From the NCBI GenBank assembly GCA_963716175.1, contig OY970296.1, positions 704,001 through 768,000 on the forward strand: a stretch of DNA of 64,000 bases, given 5' to 3'. Below the pieces are notes generated by a model, which saw nothing but the letters and a program-made list of their open reading frames with translations, had not been told where the DNA came from and did not search any database. The stretch comes from an uncultured Armatimonadetes bacterium (lineage in GTDB: Bacteria; Armatimonadota; Hebobacteria; Hebobacterales; Hebobacteraceae). Numbering within the stretch: the first letter of the stretch is position 1; the number at the start of each line of letters is the position of its first letter. Positions 48,247 through 57,532 of the stretch are shown here, piece after piece. A program made the position numbers and the translations under genes.

Positions 48247-48300
48247 CTGGGCAGCAACTCCCAGCCGAAGGGCCTGACCGGAGTCGGAGGTGCCCCCGGG
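48247..48300 (+). repeat. Bulged-hairpin repeat, copy D
   Basis: ctgggcagcaactcccagccgaagggcctgaccggagtcggaggtgcccccggg. Confidence 0.78.
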
Positions 48301-48440
48301 CATCATTCCCGCGTGTCCGCCGCACCGGCAGCCCCGCCGGGTACGATCGAGCCAGCGGAGAGTGCTTGCGGGGGTCGGAGTCGGCCGCGGGCGCGTCGTG
48401 GTACCTGCACGGGGTGCAGTAGCGGGGTCGTGAACCAATC

Positions 48441-49052
48441 TCAGTCAGCAGCTGCCGCCGGTCCACTCGCTCGACTGCCGATGACTCGCTTCTCGAACAC
48501 CGTGAACGATGAACTCGCGCCGAACACTTGCCGCAGCTTCTCCAAGACCTCAGCTCGGTAACGGTCTCCCACTCTCGTGTAGAGGCACACCTCATCACCC
48601 CCCGGGTCGGCTGGGTCGCGGACATACGAGATCTCAAAGCCCAGGTTCCGGTAGTCGTGGGGCAGCTTGTCCTTCGGAACCTTGACCGCATACTCGAGCG
48701 GAGTGTAGCCCACTCTCAGGTAGAAGCCGTCCGCACCGGACCCAAGGTCAATGGTCCAGTCTCCGCGTGCTCTCACTCGGTCCTCCCAGTAGCGCAGCAG
48801 GCGGCTCCCATATCCTCTGCGCTGTTGCCCCGGGAGGATCGCGATCACGTGTAACCGCATCCTGTCCAAGCCGTCACGGTCAGAGCGGACTGGCCATCCG
48901 CAGCAGACGCCGATGATCTGGGGCCCTTCACTGCAACAGGTGAACAGGTCGGGACAGCGTTCGTACATGGCCAGGTACTCTGCGGAGACGGTCTCTCCGG
49001 CGACCGCGAGCGCGGCCTCCACTTCCTCTGGTCTGACTGTGCGGAATCGCAC
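48441..49052 (-). CDS. GNAT N-acetyltransferase
   Basis: IAILPGQQRRGYGSRLL, GFYLRVGY; GTG 49052 with GGAGG RBS. Confidence 0.85.
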   Translation of the reverse strand: MRFRTVRPEEVEAALAVAGETVSAEYLAMYERCPDLFTCCSEGPQIIGVCCGWPVRSDRDGLDRMRLHVIAILPGQQRRGYGSRLLRYWEDRVRARGDWTIDLGSGADGFYLRVGYTPLEYAVKVPKDKLPHDYRNLGFEISYVRDPADPGGDEVCLYTRVGDRYRAEVLEKLRQVFGASSSFTVFEKRVIGSRASGPAAAAD

Positions 49053-49289
49053 GACTCCCTCCTGCGCCCGCGACGTCCCTGACCCCTTCACGAGCTGGTT
49101 CCTGACCAGTTGGCGCCAGCACCCGCGCCGCGTCGCCCAGGCATCTATCCGCAGCGCCATTCTCCGGACCGGGGTCTGTACCTCGTGGTCCGGGACCAAC
49201 GGTCCGCTTTCACGCGACCGTCAGCCTCCCCATCGTCGCGGGCATCACCCCATCAGGCCGACGGCATGCGACGGCCGGAGGCGTAGACG

Positions 49290-50084
49290 CTAGCCAGCCG
49301 TTCCGGAGCCCGTCTCCTCGCTGATGCGTCGAAGGAAGCGCGCCACGCTCTCCGCCACGATGTCCCAGAGCCGCTCACCCATCTCCGGGGTGGCGAGGCT
49401 CGGGTCCCCGAACGCGCCGGTTTCGGAGATCTCATCGGCGAGCCACACGTATCCGGGCTGCTCGCTCCGCTTGAGCGTAGGCCTCACCATCTTCTCCCGC
49501 TTCACCAGGTGCGGACGGTCGGCCAGCATCTCCGCCGTCTCTGGCGCGGCGGCGTGGATACCCATCGTCTCGTCTGGCCACAGGCCGGCCTCCCTGAGCT
49601 TGCGGTACTCCGCCTGGAAGTACGCGTCATTCCATCCTGCGTACGCGTAGAGCTTCGCTTCCTTGCCCTGCCGGGTCAGCTCCTCCGCCAGCCTGTAGCG
49701 CGCGACCTCAACCGAGCTGGCGTTCCCCCCGTTGCCATTCACTATGGCGATGGAGCGGAATCCCATAGCCAAGACTGCGCCCATGATCTCGCAAAGGGCG
49801 CTGATGTACGTCTCGAACCGGAACGAAATGGTGCCCGGGAATCTCATGTGGAAGCACGACTGTCCATAGGGAAGGGTCGGGAGGACCAGCACTTTCAGGC
49901 GGTACTGCTCCCAGGCCCGTCGTGCGCCATCCAACGCCCACCGTTCGGCCAGCCGCGCATCCACATCCACAGGTAGCATCGGCCCATGTTGTTCGATGGC
50001 CCCCACCGGGAAGACCACGATGTAGTCCTCTCGCGTTGCCTCCGCGATGTCCTCCCACGTGCATTCGCTCCACAGCAGGTTCAT
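49290..50084 (-). CDS. Creatininase family protein
   Basis: PVGAIEQHGPMLPVDVD, FPGTIS, VNGNGGN, HAAAPET, GAFGDP. Confidence 0.9.
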   Translation of the reverse strand: MNLLWSECTWEDIAEATREDYIVVFPVGAIEQHGPMLPVDVDARLAERWALDGARRAWEQYRLKVLVLPTLPYGQSCFHMRFPGTISFRFETYISALCEIMGAVLAMGFRSIAIVNGNGGNASSVEVARYRLAEELTRQGKEAKLYAYAGWNDAYFQAEYRKLREAGLWPDETMGIHAAAPETAEMLADRPHLVKREKMVRPTLKRSEQPGYVWLADEISETGAFGDPSLATPEMGERLWDIVAESVARFLRRISEETGSGTAG

Positions 50085-50179
50085 CGTCTTCTCCTTGGAT
50101 GCAGGTGGCGCTTGCCCGCGCTGGCGACGGCGCTCGGCGACTCTGCGCGACAGGCGCGCACGGGCGCAGAGGGACAGCG

Positions 50180-51382
50180 TCAGCCCTCCTGTGCCCCCCG
50201 GGCCCTCCAGCTTGAGCCCGACGGCCACGGCTCCTGATAGTCGAGGCGGCGCCACTCTGCCAGCGCCCCGGCGTCCCGGGTGTCGGGGATGGCGATGACC
50301 TCGCCCGCCCGCTCCGCGGAGATGGCAGCGCAGACACCTGGGAAGCTGATGTCCATGCCGCGGTGCAGCCCGAGCTCCGGCTCCTCGCCGCTCAGCACCG
50401 CCTCGAGGAAGCTGCGCGCCAGGAACCAGTCGGCGCCGCCGTGGCCCGAGTCCCGCGCCTCCTCAGGTGCGTCCTCCCGCAGTTTGGACCAGGACATGGG
50501 TCTCCACTCTCTCCGGTCCCAGTCCGAGCGCGCCATCCTGGGCTGGTCCAGGTTCGCACCCCCCGCCCACTGCACCGTCGCCTCCGTGCCCAGCAAGGAG
50601 AAGCGGTGCCCGATGGGGTGGCTGGTGTTGAAGCCGCAGACCACACGCAGCACGCGGCCGGCGGCGGTGCGGAAGAGCGCCGCTTCGATGTCCGGGCTGC
50701 CGCACATCGGGTCGCGATTCGCCGGAGTTGCCTGGCAGCTGACGGAGACGCAGCGGTCTCCGGTCACCCAGAGCAGCGGCCCCAGGCTGTGTGTCAGGTA
50801 CTGGATGGGATGGAACCGCGCCCTCCAGTTGCGCGACACGCCTGGCGCGCCCGCTTCCTGGTGGCTGAGCACCTGGCCCACTGCATCCACGAAGTGGGAG
50901 CCAGGCATATCGTGGAGGTACTCCGCCTCGCCATAGGAGATCTCGCCCAGCTCTCCAGCACGGTAGAGCCGCTGCCACTCGTGGACGAACCACCAGTAGC
51001 AGCAGTTCTCTCCCAGCATGTAGTGGCGACCCGTGCGCTGGACCGCCTCCAGCACCTGGAAGTGGCCTTCCGCAGTGAGCGAGGCCGGCACTTCGCTGAG
51101 CGCATGCTTGCCAGCCTCCAGCGCCAGCACCACGTGCTCGGCGTGCGAGGGCGGGTCGCTTGCCACCACTACCGCGTCGAGGTTGGCCTCTCGCAACATC
51201 GTCTCGTAGTCGGCGAAGAGCTCCGCCTCAGGGTGAGACTGGCCGATCGCCTCCCGGCGCGCTGGGAGCCGCTCTGCGATGGCGGATACCCGCGACTCCG
51301 GGAAGCAGGCAAAGAGGCTGGCGAACACCCAGCCTCGGCCCCCGCCCACAATGCCGATGCGAACCTGCTGCTGTGCGTTCAT
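50180..51382 (-). CDS. Gfo/Idh/MocA NAD(P)-dependent oxidoreductase
   Basis: IGIVGGGRG, GKHALSEVP, GENCCY, EAEYLHD, GHGGAD. Confidence 0.9.
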   Translation of the reverse strand: MNAQQQVRIGIVGGGRGWVFASLFACFPESRVSAIAERLPARREAIGQSHPEAELFADYETMLREANLDAVVVASDPPSHAEHVVLALEAGKHALSEVPASLTAEGHFQVLEAVQRTGRHYMLGENCCYWWFVHEWQRLYRAGELGEISYGEAEYLHDMPGSHFVDAVGQVLSHQEAGAPGVSRNWRARFHPIQYLTHSLGPLLWVTGDRCVSVSCQATPANRDPMCGSPDIEAALFRTAAGRVLRVVCGFNTSHPIGHRFSLLGTEATVQWAGGANLDQPRMARSDWDRREWRPMSWSKLREDAPEEARDSGHGGADWFLARSFLEAVLSGEEPELGLHRGMDISFPGVCAAISAERAGEVIAIPDTRDAGALAEWRRLDYQEPWPSGSSWRARGAQEG

Positions 51383-51417
51383 TCCCAAGCACCCACGGCC
51401 GCAGTTCGCGGACTCCT

Positions 51418-53049
51418 TCACGACGCTCGCCTGCGGAAGGCATCCGTGCCAGGAACGTCGGCCCGAGCCAGCACGCGAAGCATGTTGTGCGCCAGGATAG
51501 GCTCGAGCACGTCCTGAGGCACGTCCAGCGAGAGAAACCGGGCCAGCTCCCATGCCATGCTGTGGCCCAGCGCATCGCTGCCGAAGATCACCCTGGATGG
51601 ATCCACAACCTTGAGCGTGGTTTCCCACGGGATAGAGGAGCAGAAGCTGCCGCACCACTCCAGGTACACGTTGGGGTTGGCCGCGGCCAGCTCGTGGGCT
51701 TCGAGCCGGCCGGCGTCCCCGCCGCCTGAATGGCCCAACAGGAATGCCGCGTCCGGATACTTCTTCACGACCTCCTTGAGCATAGCGGGCGAGTTGTACT
51801 GATCGTCCCAGGTGTGCAGGAGGATCGGCAGGCGCCGCTGCTGCGCGTACTCCAGAGCCGGGCGCAACCGCTCATCGGTTACCGACACCTGCCAGTACGA
51901 GCACAGGAACTTGATGCCCACGAAGAAAGACTGCGAGAAGAACTCGTCCAGTCGCTCCGCCAGCCCCTCCTGGTAGTAAGGGTTGAAGCCCAGATACCCG
52001 CGGAATCGCTCTCCGTGTGCCGAGGCATGCTGCTGCAGCTGCCGGTTGCCTTCAATAGGCTCACCGAACAGGGCCTGGCCGGTCGACGCGATCAGTGTTC
52101 GAATGCCCAGTCGGTCCATGTCGCGCAAGGCCGCCTGGATGTGCCCGCTGATGCCCCCGCCTGAGCCTGGCCACGTGCCCATGGGTCCCAAGTGACCGTG
52201 GGCGTCTATAATGCCGACCTCCAGGGGCCGGCCCTGAAGAAAGGTCTCCCACAGGGGGTTCAGGGGAGGTCTTCGCACCGGCGGCGTAGGTGGCAGGTCC
52301 AGGAGACGATCCAGGTTGCCGTGCGCGATCCGCTCGCGCACGTCCTGGGAAACCGGAGCCTGCGCGAGGGCGCCGATCGCCGCCCCGTTGTGCGCCGGCA
52401 GGCCGGTGGAGAAGATCAGGCGCTCTGGCCCAAACTCCTCGGCCAGCTTCTCGATGGTCCCGTGAGTGTGCATCCAACTGGTACCGACCCGGATGTTCGG
52501 CCGCCGCTTCAGCAGATCCAGCAGGTTGAACACCCCGAAGAACTGGGGCCACATGGCGTGTAGACAGATGATTGGCGTGTCGGGGAGCGCCTCAGCGAAG
52601 GCCAGGAGATCGGCGTCATCAGCGATCTCCCTCACGTCCACCAGGAGTACCGGCCGGAAACGTGCGAGCTGGCGCACCACCGGCTCGACGTGGCGCAACT
52701 TGTGGCTGAGGCTGCGGCACATCAGCCGAAGCGCTCGGACCTGGCGCGAGCCGAGGGCCTCGGTCAGCTCATCCATGGCCCCAATCTCATGCAGCATCGA
52801 AGGCGCTACCACGAACGAGGGCACCAGGCGCTGTCGCTGCGGGCCCAAGGAGTCGAGTTCCGCCATCAGCCGGCGGTTGCCCGTCATGGGGTGATGATCT
52901 CGCGCCCCAATGTCCCAGACCAGCGACCGACTGATCCCCAGTCGGTCCATGAACGCCAGCAGCTCGCGGCAGGTCTCGAAGTCCGCCGGGCCCTTCATGC
53001 CTCTGCCGGTCTGTGCGTCCGCGCTGAACAACACCATGTCCGCCATCAT
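51418..53049 (-). CDS. Two-domain amidohydrolase_2 family protein
   Basis: Degenerate N-terminal barrel plus canonical C-terminal barrel (IIDAHGH, LLHT, GHSGG, FGSD). Confidence 0.85.
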   Translation of the reverse strand: MMADMVLFSADAQTGRGMKGPADFETCRELLAFMDRLGISRSLVWDIGARDHHPMTGNRRLMAELDSLGPQRQRLVPSFVVAPSMLHEIGAMDELTEALGSRQVRALRLMCRSLSHKLRHVEPVVRQLARFRPVLLVDVREIADDADLLAFAEALPDTPIICLHAMWPQFFGVFNLLDLLKRRPNIRVGTSWMHTHGTIEKLAEEFGPERLIFSTGLPAHNGAAIGALAQAPVSQDVRERIAHGNLDRLLDLPPTPPVRRPPLNPLWETFLQGRPLEVGIIDAHGHLGPMGTWPGSGGGISGHIQAALRDMDRLGIRTLIASTGQALFGEPIEGNRQLQQHASAHGERFRGYLGFNPYYQEGLAERLDEFFSQSFFVGIKFLCSYWQVSVTDERLRPALEYAQQRRLPILLHTWDDQYNSPAMLKEVVKKYPDAAFLLGHSGGGDAGRLEAHELAAANPNVYLEWCGSFCSSIPWETTLKVVDPSRVIFGSDALGHSMAWELARFLSLDVPQDVLEPILAHNMLRVLARADVPGTDAFRRRAS

Positions 53050-53421
53050 GGTTTCCTCTGCCAACCGGCCCTCCCGTTTCGCCGCGAGTGCGTCCTGGGT
53101 GTCCGCCGGGAGCAGGTCTGGTCTCCTGCAGCCGCCGATGTTGTTCCCGACCCGATCACGGTGCGGACCGGCAACACCTTCCAGTGGGCTGGACTTCGTC
53201 CCTGCTGCCGGCCTCAGAAGTGGAGCTGTTCTGGTCCCTGGTGGATCTCTATCGCCCCCAGGGCCACCGGCATCGGAGCGGTGTCCCGCATCTCCAATGC
53301 CGCCCGGACCTGGCTCGCCTTTGCGGTTCTCCGGCTGACAGCACACGGAATCGCCAGGTCCGGATCTTCGTCATCCCTTATGGCGAGTATGCCGAGAAAG
53401 GCTTCAGACAAGGAGGCACCT

Positions 53422-54003
53422 GTGGTGAGACGTCTCAGCTTCATCGTGGTGGCGCTGGCGGCGACTCTGATCTTCCAGGCCGCGGTGTCGGCTCTCGTGG
53501 CCCAGCAGGAAGGGGGCCCGGGCGGAGGAGGACAGGTCGGACAGGCGCAGCGCCCGGCTGGCCCTGAGGCCGGTGCGGCCATGCAGCAGCAACTCGATCA
53601 GGCGCTCAGGCAGGCGGGATTGACCGATGCCGAGCGGGCCGCGGCGGAACGTGCCGTGAACGCGAAGCTCGATGCGCGCCGCGATCTGGCAGCAGCCCTG
53701 GGGCAACTGCGGCGCACGGCCCTAGGCCAGAATGCAACGGATGACCAGCTCAAGTCAGCAAGCGACGCCTACCGGCAGGCGCTGGCGAAGTACCGCAGCC
53801 GCGTGGAGGCGGAGGATCAGGGCTTGATCAAGCAACTCTCCGCGAGAAGCCAGGTCCGCTGCCTGGCCCTGGGCGTGCTTGACAACGGCCTGGGAATAGG
53901 CGTGGGCATGCCTCGGCAGGGCGGCGGTAGCGCTGGCGGGGGCCGCGGGGGTGGGCGCGGCCGCCCGCGAGGCAGGGGTGTGGTTGGCGGCATATTGCGC
54001 TAA
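53422..54003 (+). CDS. Secreted helical (Spy/CpxP-like) protein with Gly/Arg-rich tail
   Basis: AAGGAGG RBS, signal peptide, GLTDAER, coiled-coil pattern. Confidence 0.7.
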   Translation: MVRRLSFIVVALAATLIFQAAVSALVAQQEGGPGGGGQVGQAQRPAGPEAGAAMQQQLDQALRQAGLTDAERAAAERAVNAKLDARRDLAAALGQLRRTALGQNATDDQLKSASDAYRQALAKYRSRVEAEDQGLIKQLSARSQVRCLALGVLDNGLGIGVGMPRQGGGSAGGGRGGGRGRPRGRGVVGGILR

Positions 54004-54094
54004 TCCGGCGTGACGGAGCAGTGGGCGGCGCGGGTGACTGAGCATGCTGCGCCGCTCACTGCCCAACCTACCCCGCTCGCGTTCAGGAGAGGCG

Positions 54095-54540
54095 ATGTCG
54101 AGGCGGGGAGCACGCGGGTTCACGCTAATCGAGTTGCTGGTTGTAATCGCCATCATCGCTATTCTGGCGGGTCCGCTGTTCCCGGTGTTCGCGCGAGCCC
54201 GGGAGGCCGCGCGGAAGATCCAATGCCTGGCGAACGTGGAGAACATCGCGACTGCCAGGAGATCCGCCAGCTCTGGGGGATGTTCTATGCCGCCAATCCG
54301 CGCTGCTGCTACGGACTGAGCCGGCGCAACACGCGCCGGTTCTACCGGGATCCGTCCTACCGCGCGCCCTACACGCCGCACCTGGGCGGGGCCAATATCG
54401 GCTTCGCCGATGGTCACGCTGCCTGGTGGCCGGCTGAGCAAGCCATCACCCAAGGCGCCTACTGCGGATCGCCGGACTGGACCATACGCCCTGCCCAGAA
54501 GCTCAAGGGCACCTGCCCGCCGTGGCCAGTGGCCATGTGA
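54095..54540 (+). pseudogene. Prepilin-type N-terminal / H-X9-DG (DUF1559-like) gene, internally deleted and frameshifted
   Basis: [28 protein letters not shown] then a frame change near 54255 to HLGGANIGFADGH. Confidence 0.8.
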
Positions 54541-54681
54541 CCCCGAGGAGAGAGGCATCCTGGAAGCGCTCCCCCGCGTGGGCAGTGGGAACCTCGGCGA
54601 GTCACTGGCAGGACCAGCCAGGGCGGCGGCGGAATCGGTCTGTCTGGCGGCCCAGGGTCTGGCGCGCCGGGGAGGTCCGGG

Positions 54682-55878
54682 ATGGGCTTTCGCATATTCG
54701 GTAGCGATGAGTTGGCCAACCTCGAGCAGGTGGTCGAAAGCCAGGAGGCATGGAGGGGGCTGAGCGACGGGAGCTTCAGCTCGCGTTTTGAGGACGCGTT
54801 CGGCCAGCATGTTGGCCGCCGCTACGTCCTTGCTGTCAACTCCGGTACCTCTGCGAACGAGACTGCGCTGGCCGCGTGTCGTGTCGGCCCCGGAGACGAG
54901 GTGATCGTGCCGCCATGCTCGTTTATCGCTTCCTCACTCGCGCCCGTGGCGCTCGGCGCGGTGCCGGTGTTCGCCGACGTCGACCCGCGGAATCTCATCA
55001 TCACGGCTGAGGCCGTCGAGGCCGCCATCACGCCGAAGGCCAAGGCGGTCGTGGTCGTCCACCTGTGGGGCATTCCGGCCGAGATCGGGCCCATCCTCGA
55101 GGTGGCGCGGAAGCACGGCCTCGCCGTCGTCGAGGACTGCGCGCAGGCCTACGACGCCTACTACCACGGCCATATGGTGGGAACGCTCGGCGACGTCGCG
55201 TGCTATAGCCTCCAGCAGAGCAAGCACATCACATCCGGTGAGGGTGGGATCGTGACGACGGATGATCCCGGGGCCTACGCCCGGGCCTGCCTCTACTCCA
55301 ATTGCGGCATGCCGTGGTATCGCTATGGCGTGGAGCGGCCGCAGCCGCAGGAGGCGGCCGGCATCCCCACCCGGGGGCACTTCGCCTTCGGGCACAACTA
55401 CCGCATCAGCGAGCTTCAGGCGGCCGTCGCACTCGCGCAACTCGCCAAGATCGACGCGCTGAACGCCCGCCGTGCGGGGATCGTGAGAGCGATCGAAGAG
55501 GAGATCGCAGGCGTACCGGAGCTGCGTCCCGCGCACAGCTACCCAGACACTCAGGTCAACCACTGGGCCTATCCCGCATGGCTGGACCCAAAGCGGACCA
55601 ATCTCACCACCGCGGACGTGGGCATCGGGCGCTACAACGAAATCAACTACCTGGAAGCGGTCTACCAGCGGATGCAGCAGGAGCGGCGCACGGCGGTCGG
55701 TACCCCGCTTCCCGAGTACGTGCGCTATGAGCCGGGCATCTGCCCGCAGGCCGAGGCCGGCGCACGCCGGCTCGCCGTGATGATGACACACCCCGCGAGC
55801 GACCCTGACGAGGTTCGCGGGGAGGCCCGGGAGATCGCGGAGAAGGTCCGCTGCGCGGTCGGCAAGGGAGGTCCTTAG
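54682..55878 (+). CDS. DegT/DnrJ/EryC1/StrS PLP-dependent aminotransferase
   Basis: VNSGTSA, EDCAQA, SLQQSKHITSGEGG, GHNYRISELQAA. Confidence 0.92.
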   Translation: MGFRIFGSDELANLEQVVESQEAWRGLSDGSFSSRFEDAFGQHVGRRYVLAVNSGTSANETALAACRVGPGDEVIVPPCSFIASSLAPVALGAVPVFADVDPRNLIITAEAVEAAITPKAKAVVVVHLWGIPAEIGPILEVARKHGLAVVEDCAQAYDAYYHGHMVGTLGDVACYSLQQSKHITSGEGGIVTTDDPGAYARACLYSNCGMPWYRYGVERPQPQEAAGIPTRGHFAFGHNYRISELQAAVALAQLAKIDALNARRAGIVRAIEEEIAGVPELRPAHSYPDTQVNHWAYPAWLDPKRTNLTTADVGIGRYNEINYLEAVYQRMQQERRTAVGTPLPEYVRYEPGICPQAEAGARRLAVMMTHPASDPDEVRGEAREIAEKVRCAVGKGGP

Positions 55879-56160
55879 ACCGGCGACGCGCTCCCGGAGC
55901 TCTTGGGTGCCTGCCAGCCGGGGCGCACCGCTTCAATGGTATCGGCCATGCTCCTCGCGGTGCGACTCGGAGGCCTGTGAAACGGCGTCACTGGTCGCGG
56001 ATTTCACGGTCTGGTCTCGACGGGGCGCCGTGGGCATCACTCCTGGCGCGGGTCGCGGTTGCAGTGATGACAAGCAGATCGCCGGAGTCCACTGGTAGCG
56101 CCAGAGGAAGTGCTGGTGCCGTTACTGAAACACTTGTGATTCTTTCAGGAGGTAACGCGA

Positions 56161-57375
56161 ATGCAGCCGATGATCACTGGGTCCGACATCGCCCCGCTCG
56201 CCATCAGCAGCAACGGGCGGTACTTCCTGGACAGGAAAGGGAAGCCCTTCTTCTGGCTCGGGGACACGCTCTGGCACTTGTACCGGTCCTTCTCACCGGC
56301 CGACGCCAGAGCGATCATGGAAAACCGCAGGGATAAAGGGTTCAGCGTGGTGCTGGTCATGCTCATCGGCCATGAGGCCGACCCGACCCCTAACATCAAC
56401 GGGGATCACCCGTGGCTCGACTCTGACCCGTCCAGGCCAAACGAAAGGTACTTCGAGCACGTTGACGCCGTGATGCGTGTCGCCTGTGAGCTGGACCTCA
56501 TCCAGGTGCTGGGTGTGTACCACAAGACGCAGGACAGGTGCTACGATCCGGAGCGGGCGAGGGAGTCAGCCAGGTGGATCGCTAGCCGGTACCAGGACAT
56601 CCCCCACATCATCTGGTCCATGTACCCGGAGGCCAAGAGGCAGTATCTGCCGGTGGTGAGCGCGCTCGTCAAGGGTCTCCAGGAGGGAGATGGAGGTGCG
56701 CACTGGATCACGGTGCACCCGGATCCCTCGCCGCAGTCATCGAGCTTTCTGCACCAGGAGAGCTGGCTCGCCTTCAACATGTTGCAGACCTGCGTGGACA
56801 TCGAGCAGGTCTACCCCATGACTGCCGCCGACTACGCGTTCACGCCGACCAAGCCCGCGGTGATGGCCGAAGGGGGATACGAAGGGGTGGAGTTCGGCAG
56901 GCCGATCACACCGCTGGACATCCGCAGGCAGGCCTACTGGACGTACCTGGCTGGGGGCCACCACGTGTATGGCCACAACGACAACTGGCAGGCGCCTGGC
57001 AGGTGGCGAGACTGGATCAACTCCCCGGGCTCGTTGCACATCGGCGTCTTCCGCCGCATCATCACATCGCTGAAGCAGTGGTGGAGCATCATCCCGAACC
57101 AGTCGATCCTTGCGAAGGGCGCTGGTCTTGGGGCCGAGTTGGACGCAGCCGGGCAGTCCCTTGCTGGGGACTGGGCTTTGGTGTACCTGAGCGGCCGGCA
57201 CACCACCTCGATCCGGATGGACAGGGTCAAGGCCTCCGAGAGCGTGGCCGTCTGCTGGATTGACCCCAGGAGTGGAGACCGACGGCGGATCGGGACCTTC
57301 CAGTACGCGGATGTCAAAGAGTTCTCCACACCGGAAGGGTGGGAGGACGCGCTGCTGCTGCTGGAAGCGGAGTAG
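56161..57375 (+). CDS. DUF4038/apiosidase-like glycoside hydrolase
   Basis: GKPFFWLGDT, ITVHP, WLAFNMLQT, AEGGYE, IRRQAYW. Confidence 0.85.
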   Translation: MQPMITGSDIAPLAISSNGRYFLDRKGKPFFWLGDTLWHLYRSFSPADARAIMENRRDKGFSVVLVMLIGHEADPTPNINGDHPWLDSDPSRPNERYFEHVDAVMRVACELDLIQVLGVYHKTQDRCYDPERARESARWIASRYQDIPHIIWSMYPEAKRQYLPVVSALVKGLQEGDGGAHWITVHPDPSPQSSSFLHQESWLAFNMLQTCVDIEQVYPMTAADYAFTPTKPAVMAEGGYEGVEFGRPITPLDIRRQAYWTYLAGGHHVYGHNDNWQAPGRWRDWINSPGSLHIGVFRRIITSLKQWWSIIPNQSILAKGAGLGAELDAAGQSLAGDWALVYLSGRHTTSIRMDRVKASESVAVCWIDPRSGDRRRIGTFQYADVKEFSTPEGWEDALLLLEAE

Positions 57376-57532
57376 AATCCCCTAGGCCCACAGCAGTAGA
57401 CTCGGCTGCGCCTTCGGGGGAACCGAGCAGTGACCGGTTCTCACGGCGCCGGGAGGAACGGCGGCCCCTGCCCAGTAACCCCTGATCAGGCACGCCCTCC
57501 TGGAGCCGCTACTTCCGAAAAGCTGGGAAACT

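Noticed and set aside
54611-56090. Further possible hairpin-repeat copies near 54611 and 56061
   Set aside because: Too diverged to distinguish from chance without a covariance model
16125-57375. Paralog pairs (DUF4038 x2, creatininase x2, URO-D-like x2) as a recent segmental duplication
   Set aside because: Proteins are clearly diverged and not syntenic; ordinary family expansion
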